From: a virus
Taxonomy: Duplodnaviria; Heunggongvirae; Uroviricota; Caudoviricetes
Length of the DNA stretch: 25,360 nucleotides
Direction: 5' to 3' (one strand)
IMG/VR virus record: IMGVR_UViG_2778261536_000005
Span: 1-25,360 of that record
Shown: one piece after another, positions 8,150 through 16,807 of the stretch
How the letters are laid out: each line of letters opens with the position of its first letter
How positions within the stretch are numbered: the first letter of the stretch is position 1
Program-made: the position numbers and the translations under genes
The notes under the pieces: generated by a model
Seen by the model: the letters and a program-made list of their open reading frames with translations, nothing else
Told to the model about the DNA's origin: nothing
The model's database searches: none

Positions 8150-8905
8150 TCAACTCCTGATCAGCGACGTACCAGGGAAGCCACCAAACGAGAGTTCGTT
8201 ATTTTCGCCGAACCGAAGTTTGCAGGCCGTCAGCGTTCCGTTGCATTCATCCAGTGACGGATCGCTTACCTGGTTGTTGTTTTTGTCGAAATAGCGCGTA
8301 CCGGCATAGTCGCAGCCGTCGCCGGTTCGGTACTTGTTCCGGATGCACCATGTGCACAGAGAATGAAGCTGGCGGGTAGGTATCATCAGCCCCTGCAGAT
8401 CCATAGGGCTGGATAGTGTGAACTCAACAACTTCATTGGTTTCACTGCTCTTTGCATCGATGTAGAAAACCTTCAGCTTCTCCTGGGTCGGATCGGCTGT
8501 CGGATTGCCTCCGGTGAAGTTTCTCGCATCGAGATACTTACCAAGGGTGTCATGTATCGTCACCTTCGCCTGCAGCATATCGTCGTAAGCCAGGCAAAGC
8601 GCGGTGATCGAACTGTCGAGGTTAGCAACCGAAAGTTTTGGCTGGGCACTACTTCCCGAGGTTGAAGCTTCGATCCCCTCAATCTGGCATGGCCACGCTT
8701 TATACTCCTCACCCTGCCACCAGATAGATTTTGCTGGCAGTTTATTTTCATCACCGCCAGCAGCGATAATTTCGGCTTCAGAGTGCGCAAGACTGTAGCT
8801 GTGAAATCGCAGCACATCACCTGTACCAAATGCCGTGCCATCCACTTCGAAAAGCCTGACCACATCGCCAGGTTCGAGCTTCTGAAAATCTGCGTTAAGA
8901 CTCAT
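8150..8905 (-). CDS. L: minor tail protein L
   Basis: 251 aa; conserved Cys cluster (CTWC...DGCDYAG...CKLRFG...FGGFPG) matching lambda L as recalled. Confidence 0.9.
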   Translation of the reverse strand: MSLNADFQKLEPGDVVRLFEVDGTAFGTGDVLRFHSYSLAHSEAEIIAAGGDENKLPAKSIWWQGEEYKAWPCQIEGIEASTSGSSAQPKLSVANLDSSITALCLAYDDMLQAKVTIHDTLGKYLDARNFTGGNPTADPTQEKLKVFYIDAKSSETNEVVEFTLSSPMDLQGLMIPTRQLHSLCTWCIRNKYRTGDGCDYAGTRYFDKNNNQVSDPSLDECNGTLTACKLRFGENNELSFGGFPGTSLIRS

Positions 8906-9243
8906 GGTTTGTAGGCCTGTTCAAAAGTTGCAGAAAGATTAAATAACCCGGCACCAAGTGGCGTTGGTGTGTAGGTGTCGCAGCGGTAAAGCCCGAGAGG
9001 CTCAAGCGGCGGGCGCCACTGAAACGCCGTCACGCCCGCATGGCGATCGAGAAAGTCTTTAATCGCCCCGATATACGTTTCGGTACCGGTAAACTGGAGA
9101 GTCCATTTCTGCGAGCGGGGATTAATCCCGTCGCCGGAAACCTGCTGATATCCGTCACCGAACTGCGCGGTGCGCCGTCGGAATGTCACTTCCTGCTCCG
9201 CGTTCGGGCGCGGACACCAGCTGAATGTTTCTATAGCCATCAC
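8902..9243 (-). CDS. M: minor tail protein M
   Basis: 113 aa; FGDGYQQ motif as in lambda M; overlaps L and H by 4 nt each. Confidence 0.85.
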   Translation of the reverse strand: MMAIETFSWCPRPNAEQEVTFRRRTAQFGDGYQQVSGDGINPRSQKWTLQFTGTETYIGAIKDFLDRHAGVTAFQWRPPLEPLGLYRCDTYTPTPLGAGLFNLSATFEQAYKP

Positions 9244-11660
9244 CGCCCTCCTTTTGCCAGATTCCAGACCGCGCCACCGGGTGAAAGGTCACGGCCTATC
9301 AACTCGCGGTATCGCCGATCAACAAAACTACCTACCTCCCGCCCGAATTGCTCATATCCACCGCTAGCCTGAGTCTGGGTATTCCCATTGCCATCAATCT
9401 GAATACTGACCTGAGGAGCACTACTACCACCCGGTGTTAAGCCTGAGATTCCCATAGCACGCACGCCAAGCGATCCGTCAGCGGCGCGGGTCAGTGGCAT
9501 AATAGCCTCCGGCCCAGCCTCCCCCATCAATCCGGCCCCTTTGGCAAAGGCAAACAGTGTTGGAGAGCTGACGACAGAGTTACTGTACTGACTGAGATCG
9601 GCAGAAGAGTAAACGCCGCCTTTGGCGTTGAATTGCAGGCTCGCCCCGTAGGACTGAATCGCAGTACCGCTGCTGGCGGAAGACGATGCGGCACCACCGA
9701 ACAATGAGCCTATCGAGCTGGCTGCATTGGCGATCATCATGTTAACCATCACCTGTTCGATGATTTTCAGAACACTGACACCCCAGTCTTTCCAGCTCGC
9801 TTTATTGCCGTTGAGCATGTCGACGATATTGCTGCTGATACCGGAAAGCGCGCTTTTCATAGCGTCCGCCGCCAGCGTCGCATAGTTAGTTGAATCATCT
9901 ACCCAGTCAGCGAGACCGTCTCTGGCGCCAGTCACCCAGTCAGACTGCAGCGCATCAATTTGACTGTAATAATCCTCCTGGATGCCCAGCCTCTCAGCTT
10001 GCGCATCCTTTAATGCCTGGGTTTCGCGGTCATAAACTGTCTGGCTGATATCTCCTGACTGATACTGCTTTTGCAGATCGCGCTGCTGATCGAGATAACT
10101 GCGCTCTATACTCAGCCTTTCCCTCAGCCTTTCACGCTGCTTGTCACCGAGTCCGGCCCCCTGAATATCCACGCCCAAATCTGCACGTGCATTCTCGTTC
10201 TGCTCCTGCAGATTTGCCACGAACGCCGCTACCTTCGCGTTTTCTTCATTAGCTTTTTTGACGGCATTAAGGCGATCAACTTCCTGAGCCAGAGACGCAA
10301 GTCGTTTCTTCTGGGTTTCGTTAAGCCCCTGCAACTTGCCGTCAGCTATATCGAACTGCAGTTTTTGCTGCTCGGTCACCACAGCAGTTTTTTTGCCGGT
10401 GGTATCGATCAGCTCAATCTGACGCATGTAACTGCGCTCAGCGCTTTTAAACGCTGAATCCAGTTTCTGACCAGAGGTATTTTTTTGCGGCTTACCGTTT
10501 GTTTCCCCGGCGCCAAGGGTATAGTTTGTTTTGACTGGCTCGGGCAGTTTTATTTCCGGTAGAGTAGATTGGGAGTTTCTCAAAAAGGCCAGTCGCCTCT
10601 GGAGCTCAGCCCTTTCGGCCTCCTTACCGGATACGTCCATACCTATTCTGTTGAAACTCGCCAGTATGCCTTTATCATCGAGATCTGCATTCAGGTTCTT
10701 GATGCGCCGTTCAATTTCTGGAATGGAGGCATTCAGGCCGACCGAACTCCCACCTTTGTACTGGTCTATCAGCTTTCCGGCCTCGGCTCCTACCCTTACC
10801 AGCCAGGTGGCAAGGTCCACTACCCCACCAACCAGATCAGTCAGACCCTGAATAACAGCCGGGTCTTTAAATACATCCCCCATATCTCCAATAGACTTCT
10901 GGAGCCCACTCAAATCTACGCTGGCGAGCCCTGCAGCAAGTTCAATTTTGACGCCGTTGACCTGCGTCTCCATATCCTCAAACAGGGCGTTGACTCTGAC
11001 CAGCTTTTCAATATCTGCGTCATCGGGCGCCACACCAAACTTCTTCGCGGCATCCATATACTGACGCAGCTTTTCACTGCCATTGTCCAGGAGCGGCAGC
11101 ATCTTTGACAGGTCATTACCCAGACTCTCCAGGATGGTAGTCTTCTCGGCGTTGGACTTAACTTTCTCCAGTGCGTCGCTGATAGCCAGGAGTTGCTTGT
11201 CGGGAGATTCTCCGGCCAGTTTCTTAGCCGACAAACCCAGAGCGTCCAGCGCACCGACCGCCTCACCAGATTTATTAAGAACGGCATCACCGATTTTGTC
11301 TCCGACATCTTTAAAGATATCGGCCATCTGATCGCCGGAAACACCTGCTTTTTCTGCAGCATATTGCCAGGCTAACAGGGACTGCGTGGACATGTTAAGT
11401 GACTTTGCCCAGCGGTCTGATTCGGTAATCTGACGTGAAGTGGTTTTGAGCAGGTTATACCCCGCCACTCCGGCTCCGATGGCTGCAGCCCCGACTGCTG
11501 TTGCGAATCCGGTCATGGCAGCTGCAGCGGCAGCGGCATCCTCCTTTACCTGCTTACGCCATTTTTGTGAAGCTCGCTCAGCCTGCGAGAGGCCTGAGAC
11601 AAAACCGCCCACTTTGGCAATCAGGTCGATCGTCAGCGTGCCCAGTGATTTGGAAGCCAT
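9240..11660 (-). CDS. H: tail tape measure protein H
   Basis: 806 aa, Ala/Gly-rich N-terminus and long helical central region; sits between G-T and M. Confidence 0.9.
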   Translation of the reverse strand: MASKSLGTLTIDLIAKVGGFVSGLSQAERASQKWRKQVKEDAAAAAAAMTGFATAVGAAAIGAGVAGYNLLKTTSRQITESDRWAKSLNMSTQSLLAWQYAAEKAGVSGDQMADIFKDVGDKIGDAVLNKSGEAVGALDALGLSAKKLAGESPDKQLLAISDALEKVKSNAEKTTILESLGNDLSKMLPLLDNGSEKLRQYMDAAKKFGVAPDDADIEKLVRVNALFEDMETQVNGVKIELAAGLASVDLSGLQKSIGDMGDVFKDPAVIQGLTDLVGGVVDLATWLVRVGAEAGKLIDQYKGGSSVGLNASIPEIERRIKNLNADLDDKGILASFNRIGMDVSGKEAERAELQRRLAFLRNSQSTLPEIKLPEPVKTNYTLGAGETNGKPQKNTSGQKLDSAFKSAERSYMRQIELIDTTGKKTAVVTEQQKLQFDIADGKLQGLNETQKKRLASLAQEVDRLNAVKKANEENAKVAAFVANLQEQNENARADLGVDIQGAGLGDKQRERLRERLSIERSYLDQQRDLQKQYQSGDISQTVYDRETQALKDAQAERLGIQEDYYSQIDALQSDWVTGARDGLADWVDDSTNYATLAADAMKSALSGISSNIVDMLNGNKASWKDWGVSVLKIIEQVMVNMMIANAASSIGSLFGGAASSSASSGTAIQSYGASLQFNAKGGVYSSADLSQYSNSVVSSPTLFAFAKGAGLMGEAGPEAIMPLTRAADGSLGVRAMGISGLTPGGSSAPQVSIQIDGNGNTQTQASGGYEQFGREVGSFVDRRYRELIGRDLSPGGAVWNLAKGGR

Positions 11661-11679
11661 AAACTCTCCGTTGGCGGCA

Positions 11680-12341
11680 TTATGTCCAGCTGGCTCTGGC
11701 TTCCTCTAACGAGATTGGTCCATCAGCAGCTTTGACTTTGGTAAAGTGAAGTGTGAAATCGGTCGGGTTGAATGGTGGGCGCTTGGGGTCTCTGTTAACG
11801 TTGGCTATCATGCTGCTCACCAGCCCGGCACCCCACTCAACCCGCAACATAGGGTTCAGACTCCCGTATCGTTCCCGGTACTTTGCCCAGAGTTGGGACT
11901 CTTTGAATGAGAGGACTTCCCGCGCTTCGGCGATTGTTCTGCCTCCGATTCCGTTGAGGACGAGCTCGCACCAGAATTCGTCTTCGGCGCTGAGCTCGAA
12001 GTCTTTCCCAGATCGTTAACTTCCTGAATGGCTAGAAGCAGTGCTACCGTCAGGCCGCCATCCAGTGCACCACGTTCAGGATCTGCCTCACCAGTAATGT
12101 CAGCCGGGGTGAAGATGGGTTTACCATGTTCATCGCAGATGGATGCGGCGATACGCCCTGCCACACCATCGACCTTACCACCAAAAGCCAGCACATCGGA
12201 CGTTGCTGTGTGATAACCCATCGGGCGAACATACACGGTCGCGGTGATTTTTTTATCGCCTTGCGTCCAGGTGATTTCTTTCTCAACCGGGCGACCGGTA
12301 AACGCGCCGGACTCCTTGAGTGCATCAAGTGTTAATTTCAT
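11680..12341 (-). CDS. T: tail assembly chaperone G-T fusion made by programmed -1 ribosomal frameshift
   Basis: Slippery heptamer G_GGA_AAG in the G zero frame (codons LGK, about 12003-12009); the -1 frame stays open for 108 codons and stops about 20 nt before the tape measure ATG. Confidence 0.7.
11856..12341 (-). CDS. G: tail assembly chaperone G (zero-frame product)
   Basis: 161 aa ORF directly downstream of the major tail gene; contains the slippery site; zero frame continues 47 Ser-rich codons past it. Confidence 0.8.
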   Translation of the reverse strand: MKLTLDALKESGAFTGRPVEKEITWTQGDKKITATVYVRPMGYHTATSDVLAFGGKVDGVAGRIAASICDEHGKPIFTPADITGEADPERGALDGGLTVALLLAIQEVNDLGKTSSSAPKTNSGASSSSTESEAEQSPKRGKSSHSKSPNSGQSTGNDTGV

Positions 12342-12343
12342 TA

Positions 12344-12378
12344 TTAATCCTGATTAATAAGGGCGTTGCCGCCCTGAT
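12344..12378 (-). other. hairpin between major tail protein gene and G
   Basis: AGGGCG-GCAA-CGCCCT perfect 6 bp stem right after the major tail stop, followed by A/U-rich sequence and the G RBS; possible attenuator or stability element. Confidence 0.35.
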
Positions 12379-12379
12379 T

Positions 12380-12880
12380 TTATGGGGTCACGACTTTTGG
12401 CACCCATACAGCAGAGCCGGAGCGCTGGATAGATGCAGAAGTAGAAACAACCGTGTTTGCTGCAAAATCAAACGGGAAGTCGGACACATAGCCTTTGAAT
12501 ACGAACCATGTGCGGCTATTAGGTAGCACCAGGCCATCGACTGCACCGGATGCACCATTTTCAGCCGCAGTTGGTGATGCGGTTCCGTCTGACCATCCAA
12601 TCGCGAAGGTCAGGTCCTGATCCTCTTCGTCGTCCGAAATGGACAGGTTGTAGAGCATGATGTGGCTGGTATTTTTAGGATCAGCGTTAAGCGTCAGTGA
12701 TGCTGTGCCAGGCGTTCGAAGACCACGCTTATAGCTGCGATCAAAGCGTTCAGAAAGACAGGTGTCTTCAATCTGGTCAGCCGGATTGCTGCCGGGTGAA
12801 AATGCAGTGATACATTCAACTTCGCTCACCTCGCCTTTTACGAGCACAAAGAGCTGCGTACCTTGCGTCAATACAGACAT
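12380..12880 (-). CDS. major tail (tube) protein
   Basis: 166 aa ORF in the conserved position upstream of G/G-T; strong GGAGA RBS. Confidence 0.75.
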   Translation of the reverse strand: MSVLTQGTQLFVLVKGEVSEVECITAFSPGSNPADQIEDTCLSERFDRSYKRGLRTPGTASLTLNADPKNTSHIMLYNLSISDDEEDQDLTFAIGWSDGTASPTAAENGASGAVDGLVLPNSRTWFVFKGYVSDFPFDFAANTVVSTSASIQRSGSAVWVPKVVTP

Positions 12881-12889
12881 TGTTATCTC

Positions 12890-12926
12890 CGGTCATAAAA
12901 AAACCGGCTCAAGGCCGGTGGTTGAA
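12890..12926 (-). terminator. intrinsic terminator-like hairpin upstream of the major tail gene
   Basis: Minus strand ACCGGC-CTTGA-GCCGGT followed by TTTTTTT, then RBS and ATG of the major tail gene. Confidence 0.55.
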
Positions 12927-12934
12927 TAATACGT

Positions 12935-13300
12935 TTATCGAGTGACTATCCAGTCAACATCGAATGAGTAGCGATAGCGCTTTGTTTCGGGGTCTCTTTC
13001 CTGTCCGCCCCAGCGCGTGATATGCGCGTGCGGCTCAATGGCATCCCGCAGCGCAGTAGCCACGGCAATCACTTCATCCACGGTGTCGGCATATGCATCC
13101 ACCTGCAGCGTGAAAAAGTCTGCGTCAGGGCGCTGGGCAATGTAGTTCTCTGGAGAACCGGTGATGTTCTGCCAGACCACATAGGGATAGACCACGTTGT
13201 CGTCCTGAATTCCGAAAGGATAAATTCTTACCGGATTGCTTCCGAGTAAGTCAGTGACTTCAGGACTCGACGCGCAAACAGAAAAAATAGGGGCAATCAT
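12935..13300 (-). CDS. tail terminator / tail completion protein (DUF3168-like)
   Basis: 121 aa ORF immediately upstream of the major tail gene; size and position fit this family; assignment by recall only. Confidence 0.55.
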   Translation of the reverse strand: MIAPIFSVCASSPEVTDLLGSNPVRIYPFGIQDDNVVYPYVVWQNITGSPENYIAQRPDADFFTLQVDAYADTVDEVIAVATALRDAIEPHAHITRWGGQERDPETKRYRYSFDVDWIVTR

Positions 13301-13845
13301 GCAGTGGTTCCTTTCTTCGTGGCCAGCCTGATAGCGCGATCAATAGCCTTTCCCATTTCCGTAGAAAAAACATTAATCACGTCATTATCTACGCCGTTCA
13401 TTGCAGGTCGGAGGATAGGCCGCGCTGATGTGTGCTCAGTACCAAACTCAAGAAAACGCCAGTACCAGGTATCTCCTCCTGGATTGCCTTTATCTCCTGA
13501 GGTTTTGTATGTTTTACCCGCTCTGCCTTTTCTGACGTTTGCCTTTGTATTTGCATACTGCCTGGCACCGCCCATTACCCCGACACGGAATGCCAGATCA
13601 CCTGTCCTGCGGAATTGCTTGCTGCTGAAGCTGGCGACGATATTTTTGTGGATTGCTTCTTTAGTCAGAGGATCATCAACTCGTGACGCGTTGCTTCTGG
13701 CCCGATCCCTTATAATGTTTGCCGCCTTACGCAATGCAAACCGACCGGCTTTATTACGGGTGACTTCTGATACGGCCTCCATTTTCCCAAGAAGTGATTC
13801 AAGCCCGGTAAGGCTTACCTCAACACTATCAGCCATCATTAACAC
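13297..13845 (-). CDS. HK97 gp10-family neck / tail-component protein
   Basis: 182 aa; C-terminal WRFLEFGT...ARPILRPA resembles the hallmark motif of the HK97 gp10 family. True start may be a few codons downstream. Confidence 0.65.
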   Translation of the reverse strand: MLMMADSVEVSLTGLESLLGKMEAVSEVTRNKAGRFALRKAANIIRDRARSNASRVDDPLTKEAIHKNIVASFSSKQFRRTGDLAFRVGVMGGARQYANTKANVRKGRAGKTYKTSGDKGNPGGDTWYWRFLEFGTEHTSARPILRPAMNGVDNDVINVFSTEMGKAIDRAIRLATKKGTTA

Positions 13846-14161
13846 CCTCAGAACAGGGAAGCGTCAGGTATTCACGTCCGCTTTTTGGATCGGGCAGAAC
13901 ACCATGGATGTTATACACAGCACCACGAAACAAGATGCGATGTTTTCTGGTAACTCCGGCACGGTAGCGAATAACAATACGGGTGGTTATTTCACCCTGA
14001 GAAGCCTGCGCAGCAATAAATTCACGCGCTGACAATGGTGAAACTTCGGCCCGGACAGTCGCAACATCTCGCCAGGTATTAATTACGGCTCCCGTTGTCG
14101 GGTTCTGCACTTTTACTGGCTCCTGCAGAGTAATCCTGTGGCGCAATTTCCCGGCCTGCAT
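13829..14161 (-). CDS. head-tail adaptor / head closure protein (Phage_H_T_join-like)
   Basis: 110 aa; N-terminal GKLRHRITLQ and internal IRYR motifs typical of this family. Confidence 0.75.
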   Translation of the reverse strand: MQAGKLRHRITLQEPVKVQNPTTGAVINTWRDVATVRAEVSPLSAREFIAAQASQGEITTRIVIRYRAGVTRKHRILFRGAVYNIHGVLPDPKSGREYLTLPCSEGVNDG

Positions 14162-14162
14162 G

Positions 14163-14360
14163 TTACCCCCTGGGTTTACCGCTCAGATAGGTTTGTTGCT
14201 CTGCAGTTTCATCTAGTTCACCAGCCAGCGACTGGATAATGACATCGCAAAGCGCCATATTTGATTCAGCCAGACGGCTTATCGCTTCCGTCTGCTCCCT
14301 CTGCGCTGTGATTTGTTCCCGTATCACTGCTATCAGTTCGTTTACCAGTTGCTCGTTCAT
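14163..14360 (-). CDS. small hypothetical helical protein in the head-tail joining region
   Basis: 65 aa ORF with ATGA coupling to the upstream ORF; acidic, predicted helical; no family recognised. Confidence 0.45.
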   Translation of the reverse strand: MNEQLVNELIAVIREQITAQREQTEAISRLAESNMALCDVIIQSLAGELDETAEQQTYLSGKPRG

Positions 14361-14593
14361 AAGCTATTTTTGCCCACTTTTTTATCCACTCGCTCCGTTG
14401 CGCGCATCCAGACGCGAATCGTTGCCTGCGCCGTTTCCGCGCCGCCTGAAAGCTGCTCTCTGCCGCTGATCCTCTTTACCTCAGCCGGGACCGGGTTGCC
14501 ACCTGTCCACGATTCAACCGGCTGACCAGATGGATCGCGCGAAGTCGTGAAGGTGAGAATTTTTACCCGGTTCCTGAATCGTCCAGGTTCCAT
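14357..14593 (-). CDS. short head-tail adaptor-like protein
   Basis: 78 aa; FRNRVKIL...W...AEV...SGRE...IRVW pattern resembles the N-terminal part of the adjacent adaptor family; coupled to flanking genes. Confidence 0.5.
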   Translation of the reverse strand: MEPGRFRNRVKILTFTTSRDPSGQPVESWTGGNPVPAEVKRISGREQLSGGAETAQATIRVWMRATERVDKKVGKNSL

Positions 14594-14919
14594 CAGGAGC
14601 CCTCCTCTGATTCGGCTTTTCCGCGCCAGTTGCGATGAATGAACATCATGCGTTCGGCGGCTGCATTCTCATAAAGCTGCACTTCGCTTTGTGCCGTCCG
14701 GTGTTCAAACATGTCAGCAAAGACAAGCAGAACGGCGCCCTTAACGGCGGCAGGAATATCAGCCGCAACCTTCCATGCTGGTTCATCGCACCAGCGCATG
14801 CAGTAGTCAAAAGCGGCCTGGGCGTACAGCGTGATCAGCTCGTCCCTGTCGTCTTCCTCAAACTCAATCTGCTGCTTAAACAGACTGAGGGAAATTACAT
14901 CCAGAACATCTATCGCCAT
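14593..14919 (-). CDS. head-tail connector protein (gp6-like)
   Basis: 108 aa acidic ORF immediately after the major capsid gene, the conserved gp6 position in HK97-type gene order. Confidence 0.7.
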   Translation of the reverse strand: MAIDVLDVISLSLFKQQIEFEEDDRDELITLYAQAAFDYCMRWCDEPAWKVAADIPAAVKGAVLLVFADMFEHRTAQSEVQLYENAAAERMMFIHRNWRGKAESEEGS

Positions 14920-14921
14920 AC

Positions 14922-14952
14922 GTTAAAAGGGCGGGTTTCCCCGCCCCCTCCA
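14922..14952 (-). terminator. intrinsic terminator after the major capsid gene
   Basis: Minus strand GGGCGGG-GAAA-CCCGCCC (7 bp GC stem, GNRA loop) followed by UUUU, directly after the capsid stop codon. Confidence 0.65.
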
Positions 14953-16110
14953 TCATGAGCCAGAAGAGAAGGTGCCCTTGATGATTGCTGTCGGGCGATA
15001 ATGCGCCAGCGCCAGACGCTCTTCGCACAGGATGGTCAGCATGTTTTTCACGAAGTTATCGCGGTCTTCACGGCTAACTTCCACGGTGGCATCCATGCGA
15101 TCCCAGACCTGTGAGGCCATATCGAAACCGCCTACGGTAAAGGTGCCGGCGGCCTGCGCCTTAGTCGGAACCACTGGCAAGCCCCACATGATGTTACTGG
15201 TGAATGCCTGAGGACCACCGAAGATATAGCGGCCTTCATTGTCTTTCAGCAACGCGATGTTGTGCCAGTCGCGCGGGTTCAGGACGATACCGGAAGCGCT
15301 GAACTCAGACTCGGTCACCTGATAAATAGCGTGAGCGATAATGTCAGCGCGGGTGTCGCCGGTGGCATTCAGCGAGGTGTCATAGGCGGTTGCCACTTTG
15401 TTCAGCCCTTCCAGGTTATCCCCGGTACCGTCGCCGTTCAGCAGCTGGCCCTCTTCCTTCAGTGCCAGGCCGTACATGAGGCGGTTGTTAATGTAGGACT
15501 GAAGCATTGGCGCATCATCCATCACCTGACGTGATGCCTGCACCCAGTGCGCGATGGTCTTCACGTTCGCGGTTTGTTTGCTGAAGGTGATATCCGATTC
15601 TGGCTTCAGTGCTTTCTCTGCCACCACGTCGGCGTTATTGGTAAACACCTCTTCACGCACATATTCCAGAGCGTTACTGGAAGTGCGGCCCTGAGCCAGC
15701 AGATCACGAATGGTAAGACGGCGCAGGCCTGGCATGATGATGCCTGGGATCTGCATAGGCTGGATCAGTGAGCCAGCCGAATCAGCGTCACTGCCTAGTG
15801 ACTTGTTAAACGTTTTAGCGCCAAAGGTGCCCTGTTTACCGTCCCATGACTTAATAAGCTCTTCAGCAGCCCGTTCAGAGAAGGATTTCTTCTCACCAGG
15901 ATTCTCAGCGCCGGATGCCAGTTTCTGTTCCAGATCGAAGAGGCGAGTGCCGGATTTGGTCAGCTCTTCCTGTACTTTCATCAGGTCGGACTGCAACTGT
16001 TTGGAAACCTGGCCTGTGCTTTCGATTTCTGCTTTCTGCGCATCGAAAAGCTGGGTCATTTTCTGCTGGGATTCTTCGATAGCTTTTTGAATGAGAGCGA
16101 GTTCAGACAT
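14953..16110 (-). CDS. major capsid protein, HK97 family
   Basis: 385 aa; closely matches phage HK97 gp5 as I recall it (N-terminal delta domain, SKQTANVK and NFVKNMLTILCEERLALAHYRPTA regions). Confidence 0.95.
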   Translation of the reverse strand: MSELALIQKAIEESQQKMTQLFDAQKAEIESTGQVSKQLQSDLMKVQEELTKSGTRLFDLEQKLASGAENPGEKKSFSERAAEELIKSWDGKQGTFGAKTFNKSLGSDADSAGSLIQPMQIPGIIMPGLRRLTIRDLLAQGRTSSNALEYVREEVFTNNADVVAEKALKPESDITFSKQTANVKTIAHWVQASRQVMDDAPMLQSYINNRLMYGLALKEEGQLLNGDGTGDNLEGLNKVATAYDTSLNATGDTRADIIAHAIYQVTESEFSASGIVLNPRDWHNIALLKDNEGRYIFGGPQAFTSNIMWGLPVVPTKAQAAGTFTVGGFDMASQVWDRMDATVEVSREDRDNFVKNMLTILCEERLALAHYRPTAIIKGTFSSGS

Positions 16111-16112
16111 AA

Positions 16113-16802
16113 TTATTTACCTAAGTTAGAAGGGAAAGATTTGATGCTCTGAAGCAGAGCGTTTATTTGTGCTTCGTTTCCGTCGCCCTCGGACTCGCTC
16201 CGAATCGCTGACTTAAACCGGGCAATTAGCCCAACTGCCTGTGATTTGGTGAGGCCGACTGAATCCCTCAGCCAGTTCTCCACATCACGAATCGTTTCAA
16301 TGCCATCGACACTTTTCATGGCTGCGATGCCAGCCTGTTCGTTGGCGGGGAAAGTGCAGACGCTGATTTCTCGCAGAGCCTGGATATTCTTAAAAATGCG
16401 GCCTGTTGGAATGATGGTGTAATCGTCTTTCGAAACGGAAAAGCCAACCGACATACCTTCAACCGTACCGTGCTGCATTGCCGCTTTCAGGTCAGCGGCG
16501 CCGCTGTGTCCTGGGGTAAGTTGACCGCGCACATACAGGCCTTTTTCGTCTTCAGCCAGGCTGTCCCATTTGCCAACCGGCAGTTCCCACGTCCTGTGGT
16601 TAAAAAACATCGCCACTTTTCGGGTCTGGTTCGCCAGCGCGTTTTTAAACGCCCCGGGCAGAATGATGTCGCCAGCGGAATCGGTGTTATTAAAAACAGA
16701 GGCGTAGCCTTCAAAAATCCCCTGTTTACCGTCACCGGTGAATTTGATTTCTGTCTCGTCGAAGGACAGCGTTTTTACGATTTCAGGCATTACGGCCCCC
16801 AT
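16113..16802 (-). CDS. prohead maturation protease, HK97 family
   Basis: 229 aa between portal and capsid genes; HK97 gp4-like features. Confidence 0.9.
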   Translation of the reverse strand: MGAVMPEIVKTLSFDETEIKFTGDGKQGIFEGYASVFNNTDSAGDIILPGAFKNALANQTRKVAMFFNHRTWELPVGKWDSLAEDEKGLYVRGQLTPGHSGAADLKAAMQHGTVEGMSVGFSVSKDDYTIIPTGRIFKNIQALREISVCTFPANEQAGIAAMKSVDGIETIRDVENWLRDSVGLTKSQAVGLIARFKSAIRSESEGDGNEAQINALLQSIKSFPSNLGK

Positions 16803-16807
16803 AAAAA

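Noticed and set aside
10569-11108. 179 aa plus-strand ORF inside the tape measure gene
   Set aside because: Antisense to the tape measure coding region; long open frames are expected by chance in this GC-balanced repetitive sequence.
13304-14032. 242 aa plus-strand ORF
   Set aside because: Lies entirely antisense to well-supported minus-strand head-tail genes; low-complexity translation, no RBS and no recognisable domain. Treated as a chance open frame.
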